Positions 35,064-48,780 of a stretch of 64,000 nt of DNA are shown here, piece by piece. This DNA is from Squalus acanthias (lineage: Eukaryota), in contig JASTWF010000048.1 of the NCBI GenBank assembly GCA_030390025.1, positions 1,984,001 through 2,048,000 of the forward strand, read 5' to 3'. Position 1 is the first letter of the stretch. Each line of letters starts with the position of its first letter. Made by a program: the position numbers and the translations under genes. Under the pieces are notes generated by a model, which did not search any database, had not been told where the DNA came from, and saw only the letters and a program-made list of their open reading frames with translations.

Positions 35064-35513
35064 AAGACGCCAGGCGCAGTAATACACGGCCGAGTGATTC
35101 GCCCGCAGGCTGGAGGACTTCAGATTGAACTCGTTGCCGTTCGGTCGCTCGGCGGTAAAACCGTCCACCGTCCCATCTGGATTCACGTGATTGTTAGCCC
35201 TGGAGTTAAATATCAACTGCGGCCCGTTCCCCGGGTCCTGTCCACTCCCTCCCCAGGAATATTGGCGAGAGCGGCGGGAGTCTGGCGGACCGTCTCTGAG
35301 TTCACGTCTGGGAAAGAGACTGAGAGAGGAGGACGTCAGTAAACAGGGGCATTCTGGGTTGTGGAGAAAGAAAGAAGTAAAGACCGAGAGAAAGAGAGAA
35401 TGATGGAGCAATGAAGGAAAGAAAGAAAGATAGAAAGAAACAAAAACGAAAGAAAGGTTATTAACAAAGATTATTGTTTGAAATACGATCATGAGACGCA
35501 GTAACAGCTACAT
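35064..35513 (-). pseudogene. Family-1 V pseudogene: 52-bp deletion removing first Cys/CDR1/Trp; leader ATG TAG with donor deleted
   Basis: V exon 35307-35064 is 244 nt versus 296 nt. Confidence 0.88.
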
Positions 35514-36687
35514 CTTTTACTTTAAGATTTACTTTTATAAAATAAATCAGCAAAAACTAGAGCGTTGAGTCTTGTGAGGATCCAAACCGCTCTTTTCAAA
35601 TCATTGACGAGCGGAAGGAAGTGCTGCAGGCCACTCCCTCTCTGATTGACAGCACCGCTCCTCCACTCCCAGGCTGGTTCACAGCCCCGCTCCTCCCACG
35701 CTGATTGACAGACCCGCCCTCGCTCTCTGAAACATAGTCCCGACCCCCACACTGATTGACAGACCCGCCCCTCCCCCTCTGTTTGTCAGTAAGTAGAGCA
35801 GATGGGAGCAGGAAGTTACAAAATCACCGAAAGAACTTACGTGAATGAGAAAATCAGCGGCAGGTAGAGTTTAACATGGAACGTGGGCAAGTATGAAGTC
35901 ATCCACTGTGGGTCTGAGGAAGAAACATCAGGGTGTTTTCCAACTGATGAGAAGCTGGAAACTGTCGAGGAGCAAAAAAACTTAGTTGGCCAGGTGCACA
36001 AATCACTAAAAGCCAGGATAGAGGTGCAAAAAGGAATCAAACAGCTTAATGGAATGTTAGCCTTCATGTCAAGGAGGCTGGAATACAAAAGGGAGGAAGT
36101 TATGCTTCGGTTGGACAGAGCCCCGGTCAGACTCCATCTGTCAAACTAGGTTCAGTTCTGAGGAACGCACCTCAGGAAGGACGTTTTGTCCTTGGAGGGA
36201 GTGCAAGGCAGATTCACCAGAATGCTACCAGGGCAGGTTGTATAGACTAGGCTTGTATGCCCTTGAGTATAGAGGATTGAGGGGTGAACTGATTTAGTCT
36301 TTTAATGTTAAAAAGAATTGATTGGGTAGATAGAATGAAAGTACGTCCACTGGAGGCGGAGTCCAGAACAACGGGGCATAACTTTACAGTGAGAGCTAAG
36401 CCTTTCAGGTGTGAGGGCAGGAAGCACTTCTTTACAGAAAGGGCAGTGAGAATCTTGAACTCTCTCCCCCAAAACGATGTGCGTGTTGGCTTCAATTGGA
36501 GATTTCTAGACGGAGATTGATCGATTTTTTCTTCCGTAAGTAGATCAAGAGATGGGGAGCAAAAGCGGATTCATGGATTGAAGGTAAGTTTCATCTTTGA
36601 TTCAGTAGAATGACGAAGCAGGCTTGAAGAGCTGAATGGCCTCCTCCTGTTCCTAAGTGCCAGGCACTGATGTGTTTCATGGTCCTG

Positions 36688-36705
36688 CATCGCCCTCTGC
36701 TGTCC
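36688..36705 (-). promoter_or_regulatory. CTCF motif GGACAGCAGAGGGCGATG (linked to relic V37357)
   Basis: Paralog of 7307. Confidence 0.55.
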
Positions 36706-37356
36706 TTATGGAGAAACACAGCGTCAGTGCAAAAAAACCACCCGTCTGTTTACTTTCTTTCTTTCGTTCTTTCTTTCGTTCTTTCACTCTTTCTTTCTTT
36801 CTTTCTGCCTTTCTTTCTCTATACTTTTCTTTCTATTTCTCACTCATTATATAGCTCTTTCCTTCGATACCTCTATCTTTATTTCCCTCTTTCTCTCTTT
36901 TCTCCACGCCTTCTTTCCTTTGATTCTTTTTGGATTGACTATTTTTATTTGTTTTGCTCAGAGCCAACTTCACCTATCACTGAAAGCCAGTGACCTCGGC
37001 TGCTTGAATGTGCTCAACACTTCAGCACGGGACGTGTTGATGTTGTACCCCATCACCATATCCTACTATTCCTTTCTCCCTCATGTGTTTATCTAGCTTC
37101 CCCTTAAAAGCATCTTTGCTACTCGACTCAACCACTCTCTGTGCTAGCGAGTTCAATGTTCTCGCCATTCTCAGAGGAAAGAGGATTTTCCTGAATTCCC
37201 TATTTGGATTTATTAGTGACTATCTTATATTTATAACTCCGAGCTTTGGTCTTCCCCACATGTGGAAACATTTTCCATACATCGATCCTTTAGAAACCCT
37301 TTCATAATTTTCGCTATCAGCTCACCCATTAGGCTTCTCTTTTCTAGAGAATGCAG

Positions 37357-37484
37357 CCTTCCCCGGGTATTGTCTGTGCCGGAACATGTTGGGGTTACTG
37401 ACAGTCTTCATTTCAGTTCCACACGCTCTCGAGGTAATTCAGAGGCAGCGGCGGGAATCTGGCGGATACTCTGCGAGCTCACAT
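37357..37484 (-). pseudogene. Family-1 V relic (copy 2)
   Basis: Same truncation point as 9201; extra 7-bp deletion; acceptor lost. Confidence 0.85.
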
Positions 37485-38613
37485 CCAGGAAAGAGACTGG
37501 GAGAGGAGGAGGCCAGTAAACAGGGACATTCCGGCAATGGGGAAAGGGAGCAAGAGCGAAAGAAAGAAAGAGAGATAGAAAGAAAGTTAGTAAATGGCGG
37601 CTGTTAGCAATAATTATTGTTTGAAAAATTCTCTAAAGGTGAAACAAGTTCAGCAGACCCAGTAACAGATAATTCTTTTATTTCAATGTTTACTTCCAAT
37701 GAGGGAAGGAGCGAGAGCAGGAGCTTTGACTGTTGCGAGGAGCCAAAGCGCTCTTTTCAAATCATTAAGAAAAACATGAAGAGCTTAAGGAAGCAATAAA
37801 GGGATGAATAGATCCCCTGTCTCCAGTTCAACCAATCGGAATCGACGTGTTTGCCAATGTCTTCCCCTGTTTATCACTGTTTCTCAATCTCTCATTCTCT
37901 CTCTCTCCCTTTCTCTCGTGTCTCTCTCTATGTTCCTACGGCTCTCTTTATCTCTCTCTGAAACTTTCATTGTCAGTCTGTATGTGTTTCTGCATCTCCC
38001 GCTCTCTCTCTCTGTCAGTGTATGTGTATGTGTGTGTGTATCTTGTCTCTCTGCCTGTCTCCATCTCTCTCTTTCTCTCTGTCTCCCTGTCACTCGCGTT
38101 CTCTTTCTCTCTCTCTATCTCCGCCTCTCTCTTTCTCTATCTCTCACTCTTTATTTCGCTCTTTCCTCTCTCTCTCTCTCTCTTTCTCTATCTCTTTCTC
38201 TTTGTCTCTCTCACTCCCTCATTCACTAACTCACTCTCTTGCGCTCTCTCTCTCTCTCTCTCTCACTTGAAACAAACTGCATTGAAAGGTAAACGTGCGC
38301 TGATCAGAGCTGATCTCCAGACACAGAGAGTGGAGCAGGGGTGAGAGATACGCGGTCCCACAGCCCCGCACTTCCATCTCCCTCCTCTCCTCCTGATTCT
38401 TCCACAAATGCAAGGATTGGTTACTTGTTGCAGGGCGGTGATGACGTATCACGTCAGACGACACGAGTCACCATCTTGTCCACATCCATTTAATGAGGGG
38501 AGGGGAGTGGAGGGAATATGGGATGCGAGGGGGAGGGGAAGGAAGGAGTAGGAGAGAGTAGAGGAGAGGAGGGGAAGGAGTGAAGGAGAAAGGAAGCACT
38601 GAACTAATATCTA

Positions 38614-38633
38614 GTGCTGCCACCTGGTGCCGG
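38614..38633 (-). promoter_or_regulatory. CTCF motif CCGGCACCAGGTGGCAGCAC, 34 bp beyond nonamer
   Basis: Contains CACCAGGTGGCAG. Confidence 0.65.
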
Positions 38634-38667
38634 AAATGGAGCACTGAACTCCCAGTCGTCCGCTGCA

Positions 38668-38706
38668 GGTTTTTGTAGCTGGGGAGTCGCTTTCTCAAAC
38701 GCTGTG
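38668..38706 (-). other. 23-RSS (CACAGCG-23-ACAAAAACC)
   Basis: Abuts YYCACSS. Confidence 0.9.
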
Positions 38707-39628
38707 CGCTACTACAAGCACAATAATAGACAGCGGTGTGAGACGGAGAGGCGGCGCTCAGTTCCAAAGTCAACAGCGTAGTGCTGGTTCTGTCGGCCTT
38801 AAAAGACTCGGTCGTGTACTTCGTAACATCACCTGCTCCAACGGAATTGAAAAGAGCTTCTAATGCCCGGTCGGGTTGTTGTCTGTACCAGTACATATAG
38901 GGACAGCCAGCATTCGTCAGCGTGCATCTGAGCGTGGTCGACTCTCCTGCTCCAATCGATAGGACAGAAGGCGACTGCTCCACGTACGAGGCGAGTATTT
39001 CTGTCGAACGCAACATCGATTAGTTTCTTGTTTATGTCAATAATTCATTAAAGCGCGGACGACAGAGAAAAATAACTTCCATTCATAAAGCTCCATTCAC
39101 GACTTCAGAAACTCACAAAGCTCTTTAAAACCAATGAGGTACTAATTAAAGTGTAGTCATTGCTGTAATGTAGGAAAGGAGACAGCCAACTTGAGCACAG
39201 CAAGCTCCCACATACTGCCTATAAATAAATGACCAGTACATCAGGTTTTTGGTATTTGTTGTGGGGTTAATGTTGGACCAGGACAATGGCGACAACATCA
39301 CTGACTTTCTTCCAATAGTGCAATGGGATAATTTGTGTCCACCTGAGAGGGCAGCTCAGTTTTATGCCTTATCTGAAAGATGACACCACCGTAAGTGCAG
39401 CACCCCCTCAGTGCTGGCCTCGGGAGTGCCAGCATAGATTTTGTGCTCAAGTCTCATTAATAAGACTCGAACCCAAAACCTCTGATTCAGAGGCAAGGTT
39501 TCTACCAGCTGAACAACAGCTGACATTATAGTAAATTATTCTACAAGGACATCTGCATAAGTTTGTTAATTTGACTTACGTGAGATCAGTGTCACCATCA
39601 ACGTTAGATAATGAGCTTCACGAAACAT
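38707..39628 (-). CDS. TRBV: TCR V gene, family 2, intact, extra Cys in CDR1; L 39628-39580, V 39000-38707
   Basis: MFREAHYLTLMVTLIS|QILASYVEQSP...CTLTNAGCPYMYWYRQ...YYCACSS; Deu-SINE in intron (~39075-39527); ETS-CRE at 39747-39761. Confidence 0.88.
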
Positions 39629-42600
39629 GATTTATTTATTCGTCACTGGCTCGCTGTGTGATCGGGTGTAGCTCAATACCACGTTTAAAGTCAGTTTATC
39701 TGTTGGATCTGATTAAATACGAAGCATCCGGTTATAAATGTCACTCTTACGTCACTTCCTGTGTAACCCACGCTCCATCCCATTCCTTCGGTAGTTTAGT
39801 TACTTCATAGAACCGTACAGCACAGAAGGTTAAGGAGCGAATTAAAAAAGATTATCAAAATTATGAAGGATTTTGATGGACTTGATAGGGAGAAACTAAA
39901 TCCATTGGCAAGAGGGTCGTTAAGTAGAGCACACAAACTTAAGAGAATTGGCAAAAAAAACAGCGGGGAGATGAGGAGGCATAAATGTTATTACACAGAC
40001 ATTTGTTATGATCTGGAATGCACTGCCTGAAAGGGCATTGGAAGCAGATTCAATAATAACTTTCAAAAGGGAATTCGATATAAACTTGAAAATGATAGAA
40101 AAACCAGGGTGATGGGGAATGAGCAGTATCGTGAGACTAAATTGAGAGGAGTGACCAAAACTAAGGGTCACGAATATAAGATAAACACTGTTAAAACTAA
40201 TAGAGAATTCAGGAGAAATATCTTTACCCAAAGTGTGCTGATAATGTAGAAGTTGATACCACATGGAGTGGTTGAGGGAAATAGCATAAATGTATTTAAG
40301 CGGAATTTAGATAAGTATGTGAGGGAGGAAGGTATAGAAGGATATGATGATGGGGTGTTCGAAGAGGGGTGGGATGAAACCCGAGGGTGTCTCGTTGGGT
40401 AGGTCTTTCAAAGAGACGGCACAGGCTCGATGGGCCGAATGGCCTCCTTCTGTGCTGTACGATTTTATGCTTCTATAAGACACGCAAGATTGTTGGGACA
40501 TAGTGCTCTCCTGTTTCAGGCAGTGCGGGTCTCAGTTCCTGTGTGCTGAACGAGAATTCAAGGGTTAAATATTTTACTGGGTTGAATTCGCAGAATCATT
40601 GAGAAAGACATCAAAAGGCCCCTAGAGTCTGATAGAGAAGCGGCTAAACGGTTGTGAACAGATGCTGAAACCGCCGTCATGTGGCAGGTGTCCCGGTGAC
40701 AAACGTATCTAGAGGCGCATCTCGACTTTGCACAGTGTAAAAGTTCGGTGACACGTTTAAGGATTCCAAGATTAACAATTTCCTATTGGTATGAGATAGT
40801 TCAACTTAGAGCAGAGAAGGTTAAGGGGAGAATTGACAGAGGTGCTCAAAATCATGAAGGTTTTGATAGAGTAATTAAGGGGAAATTGTCTCGAGTGGCC
40901 GCAGAGTCGGTAACCAGTGGAGGCAGATAAAAGGTGATTGACAGAAGAACCAGAGGGGGAGAGGAGGAGAATGTGTTTACTCTGTGAGTTGTTATGCTCT
41001 GGAATACACCGTCTGAAAGGGTGGAAGAAGGTTCAATAGTATCTTTCATAAGTGCATTTGATAAAATCTTGAGGGGATCATTTACAGGGCTGTGGGGAAA
41101 GAGAAGGGGGGGTGGTGGGACTAATCGGACAGCTTTTTCAAAGAGCCGGCNNNNNNNNNNNNNNNNNNNNNNNNNNNNNNNNNNNNNNNNNNNNNNNNNN
41201 NNNNNNNNNNNNNNNNNNNNNNNNNNNNNNNNNNNNNNNNNNNNNNNNNNNNNNNNNNNNNNNNNNNNNNNNNNNNNNNNNNNNNNNNNNNNNNNNNNNN
41301 NNNNNNNNNNNNNNNNNNNNNNNNNNNNNNNNNNNNNNNNNNNNNNNNNNNNNNNNNNNNNNNNNNNNNNNNNNNNNNNNNNNNNNNNNNNNNNNNNNNN
41401 NNNNNNNNNNNNNNNNNNNNNNNNNNNNNNNNNNNNNNNNNNNNNNNNNNNNNNNNNNNNACTACCTAATNNNNNNNNNNNNNNNNNNNNNNNNNNNNNN
41501 NNNNNNNNNNNNNNNNNNNNNNNNNNNNNNNNNNNNNNNNNNNNNNNNNNNNNNNNNNNNNNNNNNNNNNNNNNNNNNNNNNNNNNNNNNNNNNNNNNNN
41601 NNNNNNNNNNNNNNNNNNNNNNNNNNNNNNNNNNNNNNNNNNNNNNNNNNNNNNNNNNNNNNNNNNNNNNNNNNNNNGTCGTTAACCAGAGGGCAAAGAT
41701 TTAATATAATACGCAAAAGGACCAGCGGGGAGATGAGGAGACGTAAATTCTATTGCATAGAGTTGTCATGATCTGGAATGCATTGCCTGAAATGGCGATG
41801 GAAGCAGATTCAATAATAACTTATTCAAGGGAATTGGATATAAACTTGATATGGAAGAAAAAGGACTATGGGGAAACAGCAGGGGAGTGGGACTAAATTG
41901 ATAATCGGGACCAAAACTTGGGGTCCTTATAAGATATACACTTTTACATGCAAGAGGGAATTCAGGAGTAACCTCTTTACCCATAGTGTGGTGAGAATCT
42001 GAAACTTGCTACCACGTGGAGTGGTTGGGTCAATTAGATAGTTGCATTTCAGGGTAAGCTAGATAAGTACATCAGAGAGAAAGGAATAGAAGGATATGCT
42101 AATGGGTGTACTTGAAGAGGGGTAGGGCGAAGCCGGTGGGGGTCAAATTGGATAGGTCTTTCAAAGAGCCGCATCAGACCCGATGGGCCGAATGGCCTCC
42201 TTCAGTGCTGTAGGATTCTTTGATTCTTGGAAAAACAGAACGTTGCTGGGAAAAATGCTCTCCTGTTTCAGGCAGTGCAGGTTTGAGTTCCGATGTGCTG
42301 AGCGAGAATTCAAGGGTCAAATTATTTGCTGAGCTGAATTAGCAGATTCTTTGAAAAACACATCAAAAGGCACCTAGAGTCTGATAATGAAGCGGGTAAA
42401 CGGTTTTCAACAGATTCTGAAACTGCAGTTAGGATGCAGGTGTCCGGAAGACAAACATATCTGAAGATGCGTCTCGCCTTCGCACAGTGTGAACCATCGG
42501 TGTGAAGTGCAAGGGTTCTAACATTAACTATTTCCTAATTGTATGGGGTCTTCTCCTGAGAGCAGAGAATGTAAGGCGAAGATTTACCAGAATGGTACCA

Positions 42601-43081
42601 GGAATGAGCGACTCCAGTTTGCTGGAGAGACTGGAGGAGCAGGTGTTGTTCTGTCTGTAGCACGCAATCTGGTCTTAATTGACGATAATATCTTAAAAGA
42701 ACGACATTCAGTACGTTGATACATCAATTTTTTAATTAATTAAAAGCAATTTGTAACCNNNNNNNNNNNNNNNNNNNNNNNNNNNNNNNNNNNNNNNNNN
42801 NNNNNNNNNNNNNNNNNNNNNNNNNNNNNNNNNNNNNNNNNNNNNNNNNNNNNNNNNNNNNNNNNNNNNNNNNNNNNNNNNNNNNNNNNNNNNNNNNNNN
42901 NNNNNNNNNNNNNNNNNNNNNNNNNNNNNNNNNNNNNNNNNNNNNNNNNNNNNNNNNNNNNNNNNNNNNNNNNNNNNNNNNNNNNNNNNNNNNNNNNNNN
43001 NNNNNNNNNNNNNNNNNNNNNNNNNNNNNNNNNNTCTATCTATCATTGGAACTGGTTATGCGGTAGTGTCTGAGACGGGCG

Positions 43082-43120
43082 GGTTTTTGTCGCACGGTTC
43101 AGTCTAAGTGTATCTCTGTG
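43082..43120 (-). other. 23-RSS (CACAGAG-23-ACAAAAACC)
   Basis: Abuts YFCACSD. Confidence 0.9.
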
Positions 43121-44268
43121 CATCACTGCAGGCGCAGAAATACCGCGCCGTGTCGTTCGGCCGCACCATCGATATCTTCAGATCGAAGGAGTTATCTGCA
43201 GTTTTCTTGGCCCAAAATCTCTCCGTGATCCCCTCCGACCTGGTCGGGTCACCTTCATGCACCGCATACAAGAGGTCCTGGAGTCCCAATCCCGGGAGCT
43301 GGCGGTACCAGTACACATAAGCATCACTGCCGCGTTGGGTACACGGGATAGTCACAGACTCGCCCTCTCTCACCGACACATACTCCCGGGACTGCACTAT
43401 CTTCTGAGACTCGCCAACTCCTGGAAGGAAAATAGGAATGAACAGCAAAGAGAGACAGCTATTTCCCCAGAAATAAGACACACTAACCTGTTTAATTATT
43501 TACTGTTCTGAGACTGATTTTTCCCTTTCACTCACACACTTGCTTTTCATTTCAATCGATGTATTTCCTCTATTTTCAAATGAACATAATTGAGCTGACC
43601 AAAGGATTGTATAGGCTAGATAGGGCGAAATTGTTTCCTCTGTCTACCCTATCACCCCGCTGTTCCTCTGCTCCTTAACATAAACATTCAACCTGCTCTA
43701 CCGCGCGACATTCTGGTTTTAGTCGATTTGCCAAAACCAGATTAATATTCAAAAGCCGCAGGCACTTGTAGTTAGACTGGAGCCAATAGGTTTAGTGGAG
43801 CTCTCCTTGTAATATGGATTGGCGTGGAAATGTCAGTCACTGGTTCAACTATTATAGAAGAATCCCTGTTAACTAAATGTCCATCCCACCCTTATTGAAC
43901 ACAATTTATCTCCTTTAAGTGTCACTAAACAGATATAGTCTACTTGCTCCAACAACCCTGTTCTCTTCCATTCCTTTGTTCTTTCTTCCGTTTTAGCTAT
44001 TTTCTTTCTGTCTATCATTTTTCTTTAGTTCTGTCTTTCTTTCCATCTTTCCTTCGTTCTATCATTCTTTCTTGCTATCTTTCTTTATTTCTTTTTATTT
44101 CCTCCATTCATTCTTTCTCTTTTTGTTGCAAATTAAAACTTGTTTTGTAGGCTCTTTAATTGAATCCTTCTCCAAAAGCCAAAGGCCTCCATGTGACACC
44201 GAGATCTCGCTTTACTTACCCGCCAATAGGAACAGCGGCAACGTACAGGACAGGAGGCAAGTCCGCAT
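43121..44268 (-). CDS. TRBV: TCR V gene, family 3, intact; L 44268-44220, V 43420-43121
   Basis: MRTCLLSCTLPLFLLA|GVGESQKIVQSREY...CTQRGSDAYVYWYRQLPG...YFCACSD. Confidence 0.88.
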
Positions 44269-45635
44269 TGTCCGAGACAGAGAGTTTGGGACCGGGAGCC
44301 CCTCAACCAACAAGCTGTCCAGAGACTGGAGCAATGAGACTGTGGTGTGCAAGGTCCGAACTGGCGCGTGTAAACGGCAACCGTCTCTATCATTCATAAG
44401 AAAACATTGAACATACAATGCCCCGCCCCTCCCTCCATGACTGGCAGCCCCGCCCCTCACTCGATGATTGATAGCCCCGTCCGCCCTCTATATTTAATTC
44501 CCCCGTCATATTTCTCTGATTGACAGCCCCTCCCCACTGTCTACAGTGAACAGCCCGGCCCCTCAGTCTCTGATTGGCAGTAAGTAGATCAGCTGGGAAC
44601 CGTGAGTTGGAATGGGGACATAGAGATTAAGTGAGCGGGCAAAATAGTGGAAGAAGGAACAGTGGAAGAAGTGGTCAAGTGCGAGGTCATCCACTCGGGA
44701 TCTGAGAAAGATAGATCAGAGTATTTTCTAAATGGAGTTAAGCTAGAAATTTCGGAGGAGCAAGGGGATTTAACTGCCCAGGTAAAAAAATCACTAAATG
44801 CCGGTAGAAAGGAAAAAAAGGAATCAAAAAGGCTAAAGGGATGTTGTCCTTTATCTCAAGGGGTCTGGAATATAAAGGGCAGGAAGTTATTCTTCTGTGG
44901 TATAGAGACTTGGTCAGATCCCATCTAGAATACTGAGTTCAATTCTGGGTACCGCACCTCAGGAAGGACATATTAGACTCTAATGGGATGCAGCGCAGAT
45001 TCACCAGACTGATACCCGGGACTAAGAGGATTAAATTATGATGAAGGATTGCAAAACCTGGCCTATATTACCTTGAGTACAGAACATTCAGTGCTGAACT
45101 GATTGAGTTTTGTAAATGTTAAAATAAGTTGATAGGGTAGATAGAGAGAAACTATTTCCACTGGTGGGGGAGTCCAGAACTAAGTGGAACAACCTTAAAG
45201 TTAGAGTTACGTCGTTCAGGCATTGTGTCCAAAATCACCTCTTCAAAACATGGTAGTGGAAATGTGGAAAGCTCTCCTCCCAGAATCTTTTAAGGCTGAC
45301 GGTCAATTCGAGCTTTCAAGACTGTGATTGATAGATATTTGTTGGGTAAGTGTATCGAGGTTCATGGAGCAAATGCGATTAGATAGAATGAAGATACACA
45401 TCAACCATGATCTCATTGGCTGGCATTGCAGTCTCGAGGGGCTGAATGGGCTCCTCCTGTTACAGTGTAACAGGCTCGTGTGGCTGAATGGGTCTACTCC
45501 TGTGCCTGTGTACACGCTCCCAAAGGGGCTAAAGGACTTCTCCTGTTCATATGTATCAGGCTGAGCGGGACTGAATGACCTCCTTCTATTCCACTTTAAA
45601 CCGTATTGCAAGCACACGTGCAGTTCATGGTACTA

Positions 45636-45653
45636 GAGCACCATCTTTAGTCT
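45636..45653 (-). promoter_or_regulatory. CTCF-like motif AGACTAAAGATGGTGCTC
   Basis: Downstream of V46202. Confidence 0.45.
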
Positions 45654-45879
45654 CCGTGGAGAAAGACAACACACTGTCAGTGTGTAAAATCCCGAAAGTC
45701 TATTTACATCCTTTGCTTCTTTCGATCATTCTTTCTTTGTTTCTCACATGATTTGTTTTTCTTCTTTCTTCCTTCCTTCCTTTCTGTCTTTCTTCTTTCT
45801 TTCATTTTTCTTACATTCTGTCTTTCTTTCTTTCTGTCATCCTTTCTTTTCTGCCTTGTTTCTATCTTTGTATCATTCT

Positions 45880-45884
45880 TTCTT

Positions 45885-45964
<80 letters not shown>

Positions 45965-45965
45965 T
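45880..45965. repeat. (TTTC)n microsatellite
   Basis: Direct. Confidence 0.9.
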
Positions 45966-46162
45966 CATTATATCGCTCTTCACTCCATGTAACTTATTCT
46001 TTCATTACAAATTCCTCAGTGCCTTTTTTCTCTTTTTCTCACTTTTACTGGAACCCGCTTCTTGATCTGGTCAAAAGCATGTTCGCTCTGCATAAATTAA
46101 ACCTAACAGGACTCAGCGCAGAGCGGTTTTATCTCAAACAGGTGTTTCCTGCCGCCTTTGGG

Positions 46163-46201
46163 GGGTTTTGTTCTGCTCTTCCATCTCGCTGAGCCACTGT
46201 G
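46163..46201 (-). other. 23-RSS (CACAGTG-23-ACAAAACCC)
   Basis: One nonamer mismatch. Confidence 0.88.
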
Positions 46202-46704
46202 AAGACTCCAGGCGCAGTAATACACGGCCGAGTGATTCGCCCGCAGGCTGGAGGACTTCAGGTTGAACTCTTTCTGATTCGGTCGCTCCGCGGTGAAACC
46301 GTCCACCGTCCGCTCTGGATTCACAATATTGGTACCCGCGGAGATAAACATGGACTGCGGCCCCTTCCCCGGGTCCTGTCTGTACCAATACATGTAACTG
46401 CTACTGGCACCCTCCAAGTTGCACTTTAGTTCGACTCGCTCCCCAGCAAATTTGGAGACAGCGGCGGGAATCTGGCGGATAGTCTGCGGTTTCGCGTCTG
46501 AGAAAGATACAGGGAGAGGAGGAGATTAGTAACCAGCGGCATTCTGGGTTGTGGGGAAAGAAAGAAGTAAAGAACGAGAGAAAGAGAGAATGAAGGAAAC
46601 AACGAAGGAAAGAAGAAATAGTAAAGAATGGATATTACAAAGATTATTGTGTGAAAAAATCACTTACATTGAAATACAATTATGAAACTCAGTAACAGAT
46701 ACAT
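46202..46704 (-). CDS. TRBV: TCR V gene, family 1, intact; L 46704-46668, V 46497-46202
   Basis: MYLLLSFIIVFQ|YAKPQTIRQIPAAVSKFAGERVELKCNLEGASSSYMYWYRQ...YYCAWS. Confidence 0.9.
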
Positions 46705-47935
46705 CTTTAACTTTAAGATTTACTTTTAGAAATGAAACCAGCGAAAACAAGAGCGTTGCGTCTTGTGAGGATGCAACACGTTCTTTTCAAATCACTCCGG
46801 AAACCATGACGAGCGGAAGGAAGTGATTCAGGCCCCCCGCCCATCTCGGACTGACAACACCGTTCCTCCACTCCCAGGCTGGTTGACATCCCCGCCCGTC
46901 CCAGGCTGATTGACAGACCCGCCCTCACTCCGTGAAACATAGTCCCGCCCCCGATACTGATTGACAGTTCGGCCCCTCCCTCTCTGTTTGGCAGTAAGTC
47001 GAGCAAACGGGAGCAGGAAGTTGCAAAGTTGACCTGAACAGCTTTCGTGAATGAGAAAAAAAACAGCGGCAGGTAGAGTTTAACGTGGAATGTGGGCAAG
47101 TATGAAGTCATCCACTGGGGGCCTGATGAAGAAACATCTGAATATTTTCTAACTGATGAGAAGCTGGAAACTGTCGAGGAGCAAAGAAATTTAGTTGGCA
47201 AGGTAGACATATCACTAAAAGCCAGGATAGAGGTGCAAAAAGGAATCACAGAGATTAATGCAATGTTGGCCTTTATGTCAAGGAGGCTGGAATACAAAAG
47301 GGAGGAAGTTATGCTTCAGTTGGGCAGAGCCCTGGTCAGAGTTCATCTGGCAAAATAGGTTCAGTTCTGGGGAACGCACTTCAGGAAGGACGTTTTGTCC
47401 TTGGAGGGAGGACAAGGCAGATTCAACAGAATGATACCAGGACTTAGAGGGTTAAATTATGAAGACAGTTTGTATAGAATAGCCTTGTCTGCCCTTGCGT
47501 AGAAAAGATTCAGATGTGAACTGATTCAGTCTTTTAAGGTGAAAAGAAATTGATAGGGTAGATCGAATGAAAGTATGTCCTCTGGTGGCGGAGTCCTGAA
47601 CAAGGAGGCATAACTTAACAGTGAGAGCTAAGCCTTTCAGGCATGAGGGCAGGAAGCACTTCTTCACACAAAGGGCAGTGAGAATCTTCAACTCTCTGCC
47701 CGAAAACGATGTGCGTGCAGGCTGTCAATTGGAGATTTCTAGACCGAAATTGACAGATTTTTTTCTTGGTAAGCAGATCAAGAGATAGGAAGCCAAAGCG
47801 GGTCGATGGATTTAATATATGATCCAGCTCGATCCAATTGAATGACGAAGTAGGCTTGGAGAGCTGAATGGCCTCCTCCTGTTCCTGTGTTCCTGTTGAA
47901 CCATGTTCCAGAAACTGATGTGTTTCATGGTCCTG

Positions 47936-47953
47936 TAGCGCCCTCTGCTGTCA
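47936..47953 (-). promoter_or_regulatory. CTCF motif TGACAGCAGAGGGCGCTA (linked to relic V48781)
   Basis: Paralog of 7307. Confidence 0.65.
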
Positions 47954-48780
47954 TTGTGGAGAAACAGAGCGTCAGTCGACCAAAACCCACCNNNNNNNNN
48001 NNNNNNNNNNNNNNNNNNNNNNNNNNNNNNNNNNNNNNNNNNNNNNNNNNNNNNNNNNNNNNNNNNNNNNNNNNNNNNNNNNNNNNNNNNNNNNNNNNNN
48101 NNNNNNNNNNNNNNNNNNNNNNNNNNNNNNNNNNNNNNNNNNTTCCTTTTCTCTTTGTCTCACTTTCTTTCTGTCTTTCAATTTCTCTCAACCTTTCACT
48201 CTCTCTTTCATTCCTTCTTTCTTTCTTTCCTTCTTTCTTTCTTTCTTTCTTTCGTTCTTTCTTTCTCTATCCTTTACTTTTTCTTTCTCTATCATTATAT
48301 TGTTCTATCTTTCTTTACTTCCATCTTTATTTCCTTCTTTCCTTTCTTTCTTTTTGCATTGATTATTTTCATTTGTTTTGCTCAGAGCCAACTACACCTA
48401 CCATTTAAAGCCAGTGACCTCGGCTGACTGAATGTGCTCAACACTTCAAACAGGGCAGGTTGATGTTGTGTCCGATCAGCATGATCTTCTTTTCCTTTCA
48501 CCCGCCATGTGCTTATCTAGCTTCCCCTTAACTGCAACTGTGTCATTCGTCTCCACTACTCCCTGTGGTAGCGAGTTCAACTTCTCGCCATTCTCTGGGT
48601 AAAGAACTTTCTCCTGAATTCCCTATTTGGACTTATTAGTGACTATCTTATATTTATGACCCCGAGCTTTTGTCTTCCTCACAAGTGGAAGCATCTTCCC
48701 TACATTTAGCCTATCGCACGCCTTTTCATAATTTTCGCTATCAGGTCACCCCTCAGTCTTTTCTTTTCTAGAGAAAGCAG

